DNA of 64,000 nt from Acanthaster planci. Its lineage: Eukaryota. The stretch lies in the NCBI RefSeq assembly GCF_001949145.1, contig NW_019091357.1, positions 1,357,210-1,421,209 of the forward strand. The letters are read 5' to 3'. Shown piece by piece: positions 37,001 to 49,265 of the stretch (its first letter is position 1; each line of letters begins with the position of its first letter). The notes under the pieces were generated by a model. It made no database searches. It was given only the letters and a program-made list of their open reading frames with translations, and was not told the DNA's origin. Both the position numbers and the translations under genes were made by a program.

Positions 37001-40000
37001 GAAAGAAAATAGAACAATGGTAGGCACTGCTACCCTTGGTACCTTCAGAAATTCAGTCTTGCATGTTCATTCTCCTTACCAGTTTTATCCACAGGATCCA
37101 AGGTAAGATAAATAAATACAGATAAGTACTTGACCCTGAAAATACTTTTTTGTGGTATTATTTTTGCAAAATCTTACTTGAGTGTTTCACCCCTATAGTA
37201 CTTGAACGTGTAACACACACGTCGATGGAACCGATAGAGGCAGAGCTCGCCAGACTGGCATGATGAGAGGACTGGAGTATCTCTATTACTGTCGCAGTGG
37301 GCTCTCTCGTTGTCATGGAAACTGTTTTCGTAGAGCAGTGGCTGATGAGTGGATGCCCGGGCGGAAGGCAAGGTGCTGATGGCTGTCTGATCCAGATGTT
37401 TAAAGGTGCAGCCTAGATTTTGAAGACAGAAGGCTAAAACATGCTGATCTTCTACGTGACGTCTCCCTCGTCATGTCGTGCCTCGCAGCTCTTCCGTGAT
37501 GTTACAACATCACCACCTACATCACAACACTCCTCCAATGTGGCACTTTACATCAACTCCAAGATCATGCAAGCCCCTGCAATCGTGGCCGAGTCTGAAG
37601 CGTGATACATCCGTATGCTGTAAACACCATGATTTTTTTTTGTTTTTTTACTTTTTAAAAATTATTTTCCCCATTTTTTTGTGTGCTGTATTGTTCATCC
37701 ATTCAGGTCTGAATGTACCAGACAAACAGATTCTAACAATCCTCTCCTTGAAAGTGAAAATCAACTTTGTGAAATTTTACCTATTTGATGATGACAACTT
37801 GCCTTTTTTAACAACTGTGTTCTCTCCCAATGTAGCAAAAAGTCAACCTGCTGGAGTTTTTTTTCCAAGTTTTTTTATCTTTTCATTGAAATACATGCTA
37901 TCAGCTGAGTTTGTGGTTACCAAAGGTAACCCCATTAAACAAAAATATCAATTTTAAAAAAGGAAGTGAACAACATTCATGGATACTTTTACATTGTTAA
38001 TGCCCAAATGTTTTTTTAAGAAGAATTTGAATGAGAACAGAGAATAATGTACTCATTTGTACACATACACACTTTATTCATGATGTTCAATCTCTTTTGA
38101 ATGAAATATTCACAATTTTCTTCTTTTTTAAAATCTGTTAATCAAATTTACTCATTATACAAAGATTATTGAAATATCTGTTGGCGAGTTTGTCTGTCCT
38201 GTTCCAACTTTATAGCTGTTTTTTTTGTGTGTGATTGCCTTGTTTATGATGCATAAATTAAAATGCAAATCAGTTGAAAAGGCCATTTTGCAGAATTTCA
38301 TTCAGACCATTCATACATGCCCAAAATCTGTTGTTGTATGTTTCACAGTGTCTTATTCACATGTCCATGTAGTGTCAGTTGTCAAAAATGAATGCACAAA
38401 CTTCTGTCAACAATGGTAACCTGTGTGTTATGCTTGAAATCAGCAAAGTTTGAACTCTGTTGAAAAAAAGGGAATTGCAGTAATTGCTGTTTGTTTTCTG
38501 CTGGAAAAAAAAAACACAAAAACAAAGCAATCTGTATGTTGGTTGTTCGCAGTGATGTCTGTCTTGTTTCTGTTCGGTGTGCTCATATTTTTTTTTTTTT
38601 TGCTTTTTTTTGCCATCCCTCCATCTGCCATGATGTCTTTTTATGTTAACGGTGTCCCAACATGTATGCTTCTTACATTTTTTATGCTTGTCTGAGTGGG
38701 TCAGGAAAAATTTTGCGCATGAACAAAATGCAAATCCAGCTGTCAAAACCAGTTGTCTTGTTCATCAGTCAAACTTCATCTCAATCAATCTCAGCGCAGG
38801 AATAGACAGCAACCCCTCCCCCCCCCCAAAAAAAAGGGTGGTGGTCTAATGTTGATGGTCTTTGGAAGGACAAAGAAGTACTTGTTCATGTACCTCTTGC
38901 CCTCAGCAATCGCCTTGACTGCTGCAAAGTTGGACGTACATGTATCTAACAATTTTGAATCACAATCCCAAACTGAAATGTTATTCCTCTCATCCTGCTT
39001 CACTTATTCTGTGCTGGGCCAAACACATTTTCATTGTTGTGGGACCGGGACAGATAAATTGGATGGATGCACAAAGATTACACTGCTTATCTCCATCTTG
39101 AAAGCGATAGTTTTGACATCCACTTAGGTAAATGGTGGTATACCGGTATAGTAGATTCCAATTGGTGTGCATTCCACTAACAAATTTGAGTTTTACATAA
39201 ATTTGCATTTTGCATGCAAACATGTACATACATGTATCTTGTATGCGTACATGTCTGCCAGACTGCAATGACTAATAGTGTATTAACACAGTTTCTGTGA
39301 ATGATTGACAAACATTAAACCCCATGCAAAGGCATGGCTTGTTCCACCCAAGTGTGACAGATTTTTATTTTTTTCTTCCTATTCCCCGTTTCTATCCCAC
39401 ACCCCCCCCTTTTTGTTCGTATCATGCACACAGGTTGGGTGGGGTCACTTGCCTTCATCATCACCTCTTTGGTCACCCCTTTCAAGGACTGCCTCCGGCG
39501 TCGCTTCTCCAACCGCTCCATCTGCATCATTGGTGTCATCTGCTGCTCCGTCTCCGTGGTCACCTCCTCCCTGGTACCTCAGCTCTTCTATCTCTTCTTC
39601 ACGTTCGGCGTCTTGTACGGCGTGGGGACAGGCCTGGTCTTCAAGTCCTCGCTGGACCTGTTGCTGAGTCGCTTCCCAAGTTATTGCGGTCGAGTGTCCT
39701 TCCTGATCCTCACAGGTTCCACTGCAGGTATGCCAATCAAATGTAAGGCCGTCATGGTCACATTTGCACCTGTTGCTTACAATAATAGAAACAATTTGTG
39801 AATCCAGTTTGCCAGCAGAAAACCTAAAAGTTTTAAACTTTTTTGAAACAGTTGTATGCAAATTTATGTGAGTCTTGATCTCTTAAGGTTTGTACTTAAC
39901 AACCTCATTTTTATGCAAATTTATGCGAGTCTTGATCTCTTAAGGTTTGTGCTTAACCTCATTTGTATGCAAATTTATGCAAGTCTTGATCGCTTAAGGT

Positions 40001-43000
40001 TTGTACTTAACAACCTTCCAAGGACTTTGACACAGGTCCTTATGCAGTTGTTCTCTTGTGTACATCATTTTTATTTGTCCTCAGAACTAACACACAGCCT
40101 GTATACATGGCTAAAGGGGAGGTTTTTTCTTGAAGTAAAATTATTAAACCAATTTGTTGAATTTTTCAAAACTTATTTTGACTCTTTGACTCATAAGGTA
40201 CTTATGAATAGGAATAAGTATTGGCTATTCCCTGTATAATACAGGCCTTAGAAGAGATAGGCCTTGTATTTATAAGGGAATGAACAACAAAGAATACCAA
40301 GATTTGAAATCTGAATGTCTCCTTATTTTTAGTATTTGTAAGATGTTGCATTAGTGGGGTTCAGGGTTATCTTTGGCATGCAGGGACAAGAGGTTATAAC
40401 ATTTTAAGATGCGTTGTTTTTACATCGGCTCGGGCATTTGGTAGGTAAGACAGTGTACATGAACATATGTGACCTGTCATGACAAAATGAACGTTGAGTC
40501 CCCTTCCACTCTTTCCAATTTTGACGGTTCAAAGTCAAATATTGAGGTGGAAGTCAAGTTTGCGGTTGTGTAATATTTGGAAGGAGTAACCTGTCTCTTA
40601 TTTAATTCCAAATATCGCAGGATTGTATATTTAAAAACGTCATTTTTAGCAATTTTGATGATAGCATTATTCATGCCTGTTCTGAAATGTTGGACGCAAA
40701 GCTGTTAGAATAATGTCACATTGTCACCTATAAATACTTTTACCCTTAAGTGTTCCATGTGCATACCACTAAAAAGCTCTGTTTCTGGTGAATTGAAAAA
40801 TACCAGTATCTCAATTTTGAAAATCCCGAATTTCAGCTCATTTTTGTGGTGATCAGGTGCAATCAAGTCCTGTTAGAATGCACGGGTCTTACACCAGGTG
40901 TATCCATGAGCCTGGTTGCATAACTTCCCAACGTCTTGTCTTTTCTTTGCTGATAGAGGGGTATGTCTTGTCAGAGCGGGTAACTCCCTCATTTCAAGAC
41001 AGGCTGATAGTTTGACACATGTTTCAAGTTACATCTTTTTTTTTTTCAACCGTTCCAGGTGTTTTTGCCTGGACGCCAATCTTGACTGCCTTAATCGATT
41101 TGTGGGGTTGGCGGCAAACCTGCCGTATCTCCGCTGCCGTCATTCTGCTTGTCTGCCTTCCCTCCACCCTTCCCATGGGCATGGCGCCTCCACCTCCTCA
41201 GTTTGATGACACTAAAAAATGTCCCAACACCAAGAATGCCCACGACGCCGAGATCGCTGATGGCAAACTGAAGTCTGACAGGAAGAAAGCCAGACAGACA
41301 AGGAATAACAAGGAGGAAATCAAGTGGGCGGGGCTCAAAGAGAAGCGCATTTTGTTCATGCCAGAGGCATGGCTCTTTGGCTTGGCCAATCTAGTGTCCT
41401 ACGTCAGCATGGGTTTTTACAATGTGAATCTTGTAAGTCAACTTATTGGAATTTGAGAAGGCTTACAGTGCAAACACACTGTTAAGGCTGCATCTGAATC
41501 TGTTTTCTAGAACTAGGTCTAGGTCTTCACTCCATTGGAAATACGTGCAGATGCACAAACAATAGACCTAGCCAGCGCTGGAAGCCAGTTTCGGACATGG
41601 TCAAAGTTTAGTAGACAAGTTGAAAAGCTACATTGAAGCATACGTTTACAGGGAAGTAAGGCCTCGTTTATCAGCATGAATTTCAGGCTGTCTCTACATT
41701 TGAGATAGCATATCGGCATACATGTAAACATTCCCTGTATGCCCAAAACGTCAGGCTGATACGTCGGAACCAACTTACTTTCCTGTGTGATGGGAAAGAC
41801 ACTGGAGGTTTATATTGATTGTTGGACTCTGTTGGTAATGGCTGCTTCTGCATTGAACAGTGAGACTTTGTCCGAATGAACTGGCTGTCGGGCTGGGAGT
41901 AACATGTGCATCTGAGCGGTGTAGCTGCAGCTGTTTAGCCAGTGGTTGCCATAGACCGTTGTGATGATCACATATTGATAAAAGGGAGCTGACACTTTTT
42001 CCTTCCAGCCTCAGTTTGGTTACATTGCTTTGAATGGTGGAAAAGCAAGATGGCTACCCCATGATGGAGGTCCATTGGCAGACATGTTATTTTCACAGCC
42101 CCAGCCATAACTTTCGGACACAGCACAAGTGTCAAGTTCTGACAGGATTTATGTATGCACTGTACTTGTGAGGGTGTTCTTCTGTGATTTGAAATATGCT
42201 GGGGATTTGTGCACATTCAGTTAAAAAGTGGTAACAGGCGCATGCCACCTTTTGCTCATACAGCTCGAATTGACTTGCATGTAAGTTAGGCACCGTCAAT
42301 ATCGCCCAGAGTATAAGCTACAGGGACATTTTTCACTCAGTGCGAGAACCAACAACATATGCCATGGCTTATTAAAAATTATGGTCATGTTACGTTGCGC
42401 TTTTGTATTTTTTTAGTAACGTTTGTTCCTCAGTAGAGGTGTTTTCGATATATTTTTCAATATTGATGTTTTCGAAGTTTTGATGCTTCTCCAAAATCCA
42501 ATATTTTCGATAGATCGATATTATCAAATAACTAACATCAGCGATATCGATATCAAACCCATATCAATAATATTGATCTATCGACGGTGCTTAATGTACA
42601 TGTGGGTGAACGGATGTGTTCAGCAGGTGGTGTGCCCTTATAAGAAGATGCCCTCTACTGCCCTGCCCAGAGCAATTAGACATGATGTGACTATGGCTTG
42701 AAGCCACTTACCCTAGTGGCTTCCATAGGTTCATGTGTTATTTCTAGCCAAAGGCATTCATATTTATGACCACACTGCTCAAATATGTATCTGAGATGCC
42801 TGCATGTAGTACCGACTTTCTAAACAGGTTGAGGCACAGAACACCTTCCCCTGGAGGATTGTTCACAGAAAGTGGCACTGAGACAAATGAGCTTAATAAC
42901 CAGAGCACACGGAGTAAGCAGAGACCGCATCTAAGATCTAAGAAAAGGTCCGATGACGGGGTTTGAAAAAAGTCACTATTAAACTGTCCCTCTGTTTGTA

Positions 43001-46000
43001 ATTTCCAGGTGAGCTATGCCACTAGCCTGGGCTACAGCAGCAACCAAGGCTCCACGCTATTGACCATTGCCGCCGCCTCTGAGGCCGGCTGCAAGCTGGT
43101 CTTTGCCATTTTTGTCGATAAATTGCCTTTCCGCAAAGCGCACTTGATGGCGGTGTTGTCGCTGGCATCCACGCTCATCACGCTGTCATGTGCATTTGTT
43201 CCATCTTTCTCTGTATTGTGTGTAATTGGAGTAGGTACGTACACACGGGAGACACCTGGATTGATCCGGAACCAACCAGATTGTACAGGACCAAACTCGT
43301 TCATGACACACACACACACACACACACACATGCACAGACCCTGCTCTTGGGAAGCAACTGAGATACTGGACAGCACTTTCACTCACTCAAAACATAACTG
43401 AATGGACACACATTTACGTTTGGATGACGTAATGGGATGATGAGTGTGGAAGATTTCCGTTTTGATACTTTTGAGATACCGCGGCCTCTTGTGACTGCTG
43501 TAAAATTGATTTCTGATTGAAAATAATAATATAAATAAGGCCCATGGCTGATACTTTTTGCTCGTCAAAACATTACGCCATCCACACTTTTTTTTTTTAA
43601 AAACATGACATTGGAATCTCTTTAAACGAAAAACAATTCATAAATACCTGTTGGGAATTTTGTATTTTGTTTTGCAAGCATTGCAAACCTGAAATGTTCC
43701 TCAAATGTCATGTTGAAAGTTTTTAAAAAATGTCTGTTGAAAAAGTTCGCACATTAGTGCAAATTTTTTAAGGGGGGATAAAAAACAAATGATGACATGG
43801 CATTGCAACTGTCCGAAAAGTAAAACGTCAGAAAGGTATTTATGAATGGGAATGTAAAAATGATGATGGCTAGCCCCTATAACGAGATTGTAACACCAGG
43901 CAGAAACACTGAAGAGAACACATCGAGAAAGATCTGCACTCTACCGGGCTGGTTCAAGCCGACGATGTATGCAAAGAGGGACGATGTTACATTTCTGTGT
44001 GTCTCAGTCAAGCAATTATGTACAATGTTTGAGATCTAAAAGTTTCACCTGATTTTTTTGTCTTTTACACAGATTATGATTTTAATGATTTTATGATTTT
44101 GAAGGTCATTATTTTCAAGCATTTGAAGTCTGCTGCAGTTTTGGGGAAGACAGCTGTCCATATAAAGCTTCACAATGTTCCATTCTTTGCATACATACCA
44201 CGTCTGAACCAGCCAGAATGACCTGTTTAATTTGATTGGCTTGCCTCTCCCACCTGGTGTTACATCACGTTATGCTAGCCTCGTCATGGGTCTGCAGTCC
44301 CTCATTTGCAGATGGCGATCAATGGCTAAGCTGCCTCGTCACAGCTGTGCCCTAACCAGGCATGGATCACGTGAATCACCAGGACCACTGAGGTTTCATT
44401 TCAGGGCTCCTGCGGCAATGAAAATCCTGTGGAAATTTCCTGTGGGGGAGGGAGGAACCAGAGACAGTGAAAGTTGGGAATAATTTTGGACCAGTTGGCA
44501 ACCGACAAAATTGGCACTCCAGTGTATTCGTGGTTGCCATTGTTGTCACATCCAAGATCATGAAACTTAATGATATTGCTGCCAAAAGAAGAAAAAAATC
44601 GTATGTTAAAACAAAGCTTGCTTTTATTATGATTAGGTTCAGATGTCATGGAATATTTCATACAGAAAGTTTGAAGACTTCTTAGGGGAAACAATAAGGG
44701 AAAACAAGGATATTTCCCAGGAGAGCTGCAGGAACCTCTGGTAAAATTGTTTTGTTCTTTTTTTTTGGTTTTTGTTTTTTCCTTCCCAGTCAAAGAGACC
44801 TGGCATTCTGTGTGGGCACTTCAAGCCATCCGACTTTCCAGTTGTTTTTGGAGAGCTCAAAATCAGAAAGCCAGGATAAGCTGTCGCTTCTTCTGATAAC
44901 CCATGTTGTTTGAAGACAATCCAATGCGCATGTAGTCACACGACAGAACACACGCCCAGCAGCTTGTGATGGGAGCTCTGGCTTAGGGGATGCAACGTTA
45001 GTGAAACATCGCGGTTTAGCAAAAGAGAGAGGAGGTTGGAAGACCAGCGTGGCTTGGCTAGACTAATGAAATTGGAGGGAGAAATCTGATTGAGGGGGAA
45101 ATTTCACATTGACTCCTTCATTTCCTTATACTAGCATCCCCGATCCCCTTCACAAGCTGCTACCTGTTTTCTCTAAGAATCCAGCATATCACATGTACAT
45201 TCATTTATTTTTTCATTCACAGCTATTCCAATACATTCTTTTTTGTAATCAATTCTTAATTGACATTATCAGCTATACATGATATTTGATAATTGAAAGA
45301 GATGTGACCGAGTTGATACCCCTTGAAATGCTTATATTCAATTTTCATTGGTACCTGATCAGGTATGGGCTTGCTGCGGGCGGCCATGAATGCGCTACCG
45401 TTCCCGGTAGGCATGGAGATCTTTGGCCCACGTAAGACCAGCGGATCCAACACCCTAATTCTCTTTGCTGGAGGGTTGGGAACCATCACAAGTGCCTTTG
45501 CCATAGGTGAGGCCTTCCACTGCTTCCCTTTTGTACAGAAATAGGCTCGGTTTACGACATGGAACATTGTACATTTCGGTGCACCTGCAGGGCGTTGCAG
45601 GTTTCGCTGGGGTGGGGAGATGTGAACGTGGAGTTCATGAACAGCATGGCATGTGCAAACGAGGACCATTTTTCCAACCACTTTTTGCTTGGTACCCAGA
45701 ATACATTGTGTAGACAAGGTTACCATGGAAAATTGAGGGGCGTTCACCAAGGGCTGTCGCCAGAACTTGCCTGCAGCTGCCACACTGATATCGCTATGGC
45801 ATGCTGACATTTCCCTCTCAAATGCATGCACTGGAAGAAATGAAAACGTAACGTTTACCTGCATTGTTCTTTTCTTATGCAGGTGGGACGTACGATGCCT
45901 TCAACTCTTACGATGTTGCCATCTACATCTGCACCGGCTGCCTGCTGCTGACGACTGTCCTGTACGTCCTGATCCCTCTGATCTCCAGACTGCACAAGGT

Positions 46001-46106
46001 CATCGGCCTCAGGGTCAGGATTGATGAGGTCACAGGCGTGGCTGAGGTGATCCCGGTGGTGGAAGACGAGACTGTCATGATTGAGGAATTTGTCACAGTC
46101 CTCTGA
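34034..46106 (+). CDS. Monocarboxylate transporter family (SLC16/MCT, MFS), 6 exons
   Basis: Exons: 34034-34472 (TM1; F.SLQDEFHSSATET), 39434-39727 (GWVGSL...LFFTFGVLYGVGTGL), 41059-41432 (WGWRQTCR), 43009-43234, 45363-45506, 45883-46106 (GGTYDAFNSYD). Hydrophobic MFS pattern typical of SLC16. The orthogroup cannot be assigned. Confidence 0.85.
39855..40015 (+). repeat. ~55-bp tandem repeat x3 in SLC16 intron 2
   Basis: TATGCAAATTTATG.GAGTCTTGATCTCTTAAGGTTTGT.CTTAAC repeated at about 39856, 39912 and 39966. Confidence 0.9.
43306..43330 (+). repeat. (CA)n microsatellite
   Basis: About 12 CA units. Confidence 0.9.
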
Positions 46107-49100
46107 AATTGGCAGTTAATGTCATCTGTTTTCTGTTTGGCTGACCTTTGGGGGGGGTGATGAGGTCAAAGGTCAAGTCTTGTCAAACTGTGAGCACTAG
46201 AGTTGCTGAATGAAATTACCTTGGATGACTTGAACCCACGTCCTCCCACGTGTCTTCAGAGCTCTGCTTGTCTTTAAGTCAGTTTGGATCAATCGCACAA
46301 AAGCCTTGGAAGATGTGAGTGAATGAAACACTAAAAAGAAAAAAACCATGCACTGAATATTCCTTGATCATTCCTAGACTGTCTATTCCTGTCTGTGCTT
46401 TCATATTGCCACTTTTGGAAAGCTTTTCTTGTAAGCAAAGCCTGGCCAACAGTTTGGATCGTGCTCTACTTTTCACACATCAAAGTAGGGACCAACAACC
46501 GTTAAATGCTTATTTTGTAGTCGCATTGCACAAAATTGTCAATGTTCATGAAAGCTGTTCGCGTAAGTTTTCAACTCGTCATTGAAATGAACTAACGTAA
46601 ATTACGTATAAATGGGATAAGTGCCCAAAAGCTCTGTTTATGACTTTGACCAAAAAAAAAAGCAGGGTTGTGGAAGTCACACTGGTGCTAGTAGAATTCT
46701 CATTGTAGTCTTATATAGGTTACTAATACGTTTGTTTGACTTGAGCTGGCATTTTGTTTTACTTTTGTGGATCTTCGTTTTCGTTTCAAATGTTGATGGT
46801 ACGAATCATCTGAGCATGTTCTATGAGGACATAGCATTTCACGTCCAGTTTATATTAGTTGATTAAAATTTATTTCGAGTCAAATGATTCACAACAGAAC
46901 TTGCTGCCAACAATGTAATTGACTCTTTAGGTTGAGCAGGGTGCACCTGTAATGAGTTTGAATGTTGGGGAGAGGGGTGAATGATGTGTGCCAGTTTTAT
47001 GCATGCTGCAAAAAGGACTGAATGACAAGCTTGAAAAAAGCACAAAGTATATCTATGCAGAGAAGAAAGTTGTAAATTATATTCTTTTAGAATGAGGAGA
47101 AAGAAAGCGAGAAAATGTAGAAATAATGTCCTGTAAGTGGTCAAAACTGTTTTATTTACAAACCATTTTCTTAATTACTAAGCGAAATCACAGTTCAAAA
47201 GGAGATCAATAAGACTTATATTTTAGAAGTGACCTTGAGAACTAAAATGGGAAAATGGTTGGTTGGGCCATGGCGAAATTCTTTCCTCCATGGTTGGACA
47301 TACAGGATGTGGTTTGAAGGAAGAGCAGCTCACGTCTTAAAAACTGAAATTGAACGTGAAAGAATAAGAGTTTTGACAGTTGATGAGTGTGTCGTGGAGA
47401 AAACCTTAATTTCTTAGTGTGATGTATATTAGTGATGTGTAGAATTTTAGATAAAAGCAATGAGGCAGCTCATGGTATATTGAAAGAAACTGATTTGTCT
47501 ACATCGGTAGAATGCCAGTGTACAAAGAAATTTTAGTATTGGCCAATGAAAACTGAAAATATACTATTTAATGCTGAATATGTCATAAAGGTGAAATATG
47601 AACGTATACATGTTTATAACTTATGGTTTTGAGGAAATTCTGCCTTATTGCAAACGATCTTTGAAGTATTGCTTCAAACTATGCACGTTTTAAGTATTTA
47701 TTTGCTTGGTTTCTAGTACTGCTTTGCAATGACTTTGGTTTGCCTGTACCAATGCAAGAGTTGTCTGGTGCAATTTCCTTTTCTGTTTAATAAAGCACTT
47801 CTACTGACCCATATTGAAATTAAATACTTCGGATTGGTTTGGTTTTTTTGAAGTTGTATCTGCCTTGAGCAGAAGAACCCCCTCATTGGTCGAACAGAGC
47901 CAGCTTGGTCAGGAGCGTTCATTTTGCTGGTTGCGATGCAACAGTGATACATGCATTTCATAGTCGTTCATAGGAAAATTTTGCCCTTTGTTGGTCCAAT
48001 TCGGGGGCCCATTATCTACTTCTGCTTGTCATACTCGGGACATGACGCACCATGACAAAATGAATCCACAAGTGTACTTTATAAATAAGTACGTACACAT
48101 TTGATTTTAATCAGTGATATCAAAATGGTAAAACACAACTTCTATGAACGGACAATACACCACCACAAGACCATTAAAAGATAATGAAAACCTTTGGACT
48201 AAAGTGAGACTGGAAGACATTTTCAGTTGTCTGAAACACTTCCTTGCTATCAATTTGCAGACAAAGTTGTAATTTGCTTCTGAGAACAGACTGTTTTGCC
48301 CAAGTCTGATCACATCAGAAACTGTAGACTTGATTGCAAGATCTTAGTTTGGTCTACAAGTTTAAGCATGAAATTTCAATGTTCATGTATTGAGTTTAGG
48401 TCCAAAGGTTTTTAATTTTAATGACGCTAATTGAAAAGCATTAAAATTTCTTGCAGAATTGACGTGTACAAGAACAAAAAATAAACATGGCCACAGCTTC
48501 ACACCCTGACATTTTCCTGTCATTGTGAATTGATTCGCCAAGCGTAAAAGTATAAAAGGTTCAAATGCATATTTTTTGAACTCGAGACTGGCTGACCCAG
48601 TCTGTCCATCGGATACACAAAGTATGTGTGACAGTTCCCTGTACAGTGGTTTGGCCATCAATTAAATAGCTGGATTTGCCTTGGAACGCAACATCGTGGG
48701 CTTCACATCATCCATCAGGTGGAATCGAAATGTGGACTTCTGAGTTCAAACAGCACAGATCATCCAATGACAAGGCACTAGGTCATAAGAAGACAGTCAC
48801 TTTATCTTGTAAATTTCTGGTAAGTGTATTTAATAAAAGTCATACTCTGCATGAAATTTATTGCATAGCTACAATTCCAAAAGGTTTACTTCCATGTACA
48901 CTAGCGCGAGGTTTAAGAGGATGCTGAATAGACCACATAAGCAGGCTGAAGAACAAAGAACTTCAAAGACAAGACAGCACAAAGAAGATAAATAACCCCG
49001 CTCAAGAAAGGTTTCATTCTTAAAAATCAACATTTACAATCGCAAGACAATGCTCGTGCCCGAGTGTAATAATGACAAAGAACAACTTATTCCAGCCCCT

Positions 49101-49265
49101 CCCCGTATTATAATAGCAAAAAGTAACCTTGATCCTAATGCTAGCAGGTGTTCAGTCATGTTTCATACCAAACAATCTCAAGGGAAGCTTCCATGGCTGA
49201 CATTCTTTTTCCAGAGGGTACTTACATCAGTCCCAATTAAAAAAAAAAAAAAATCAATGTACCTT

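Noticed and set aside
38375..39127. Hydrophobic or Lys-rich ORFs in SLC16 intron 1
   Set aside because: They arise from poly-T/poly-A tracts and have no recognisable domain.
45256..45864. 202-aa minus-strand ORF
   Set aside because: It overlaps SLC16 exon 5 antisense plus intron, with no recognisable motifs.
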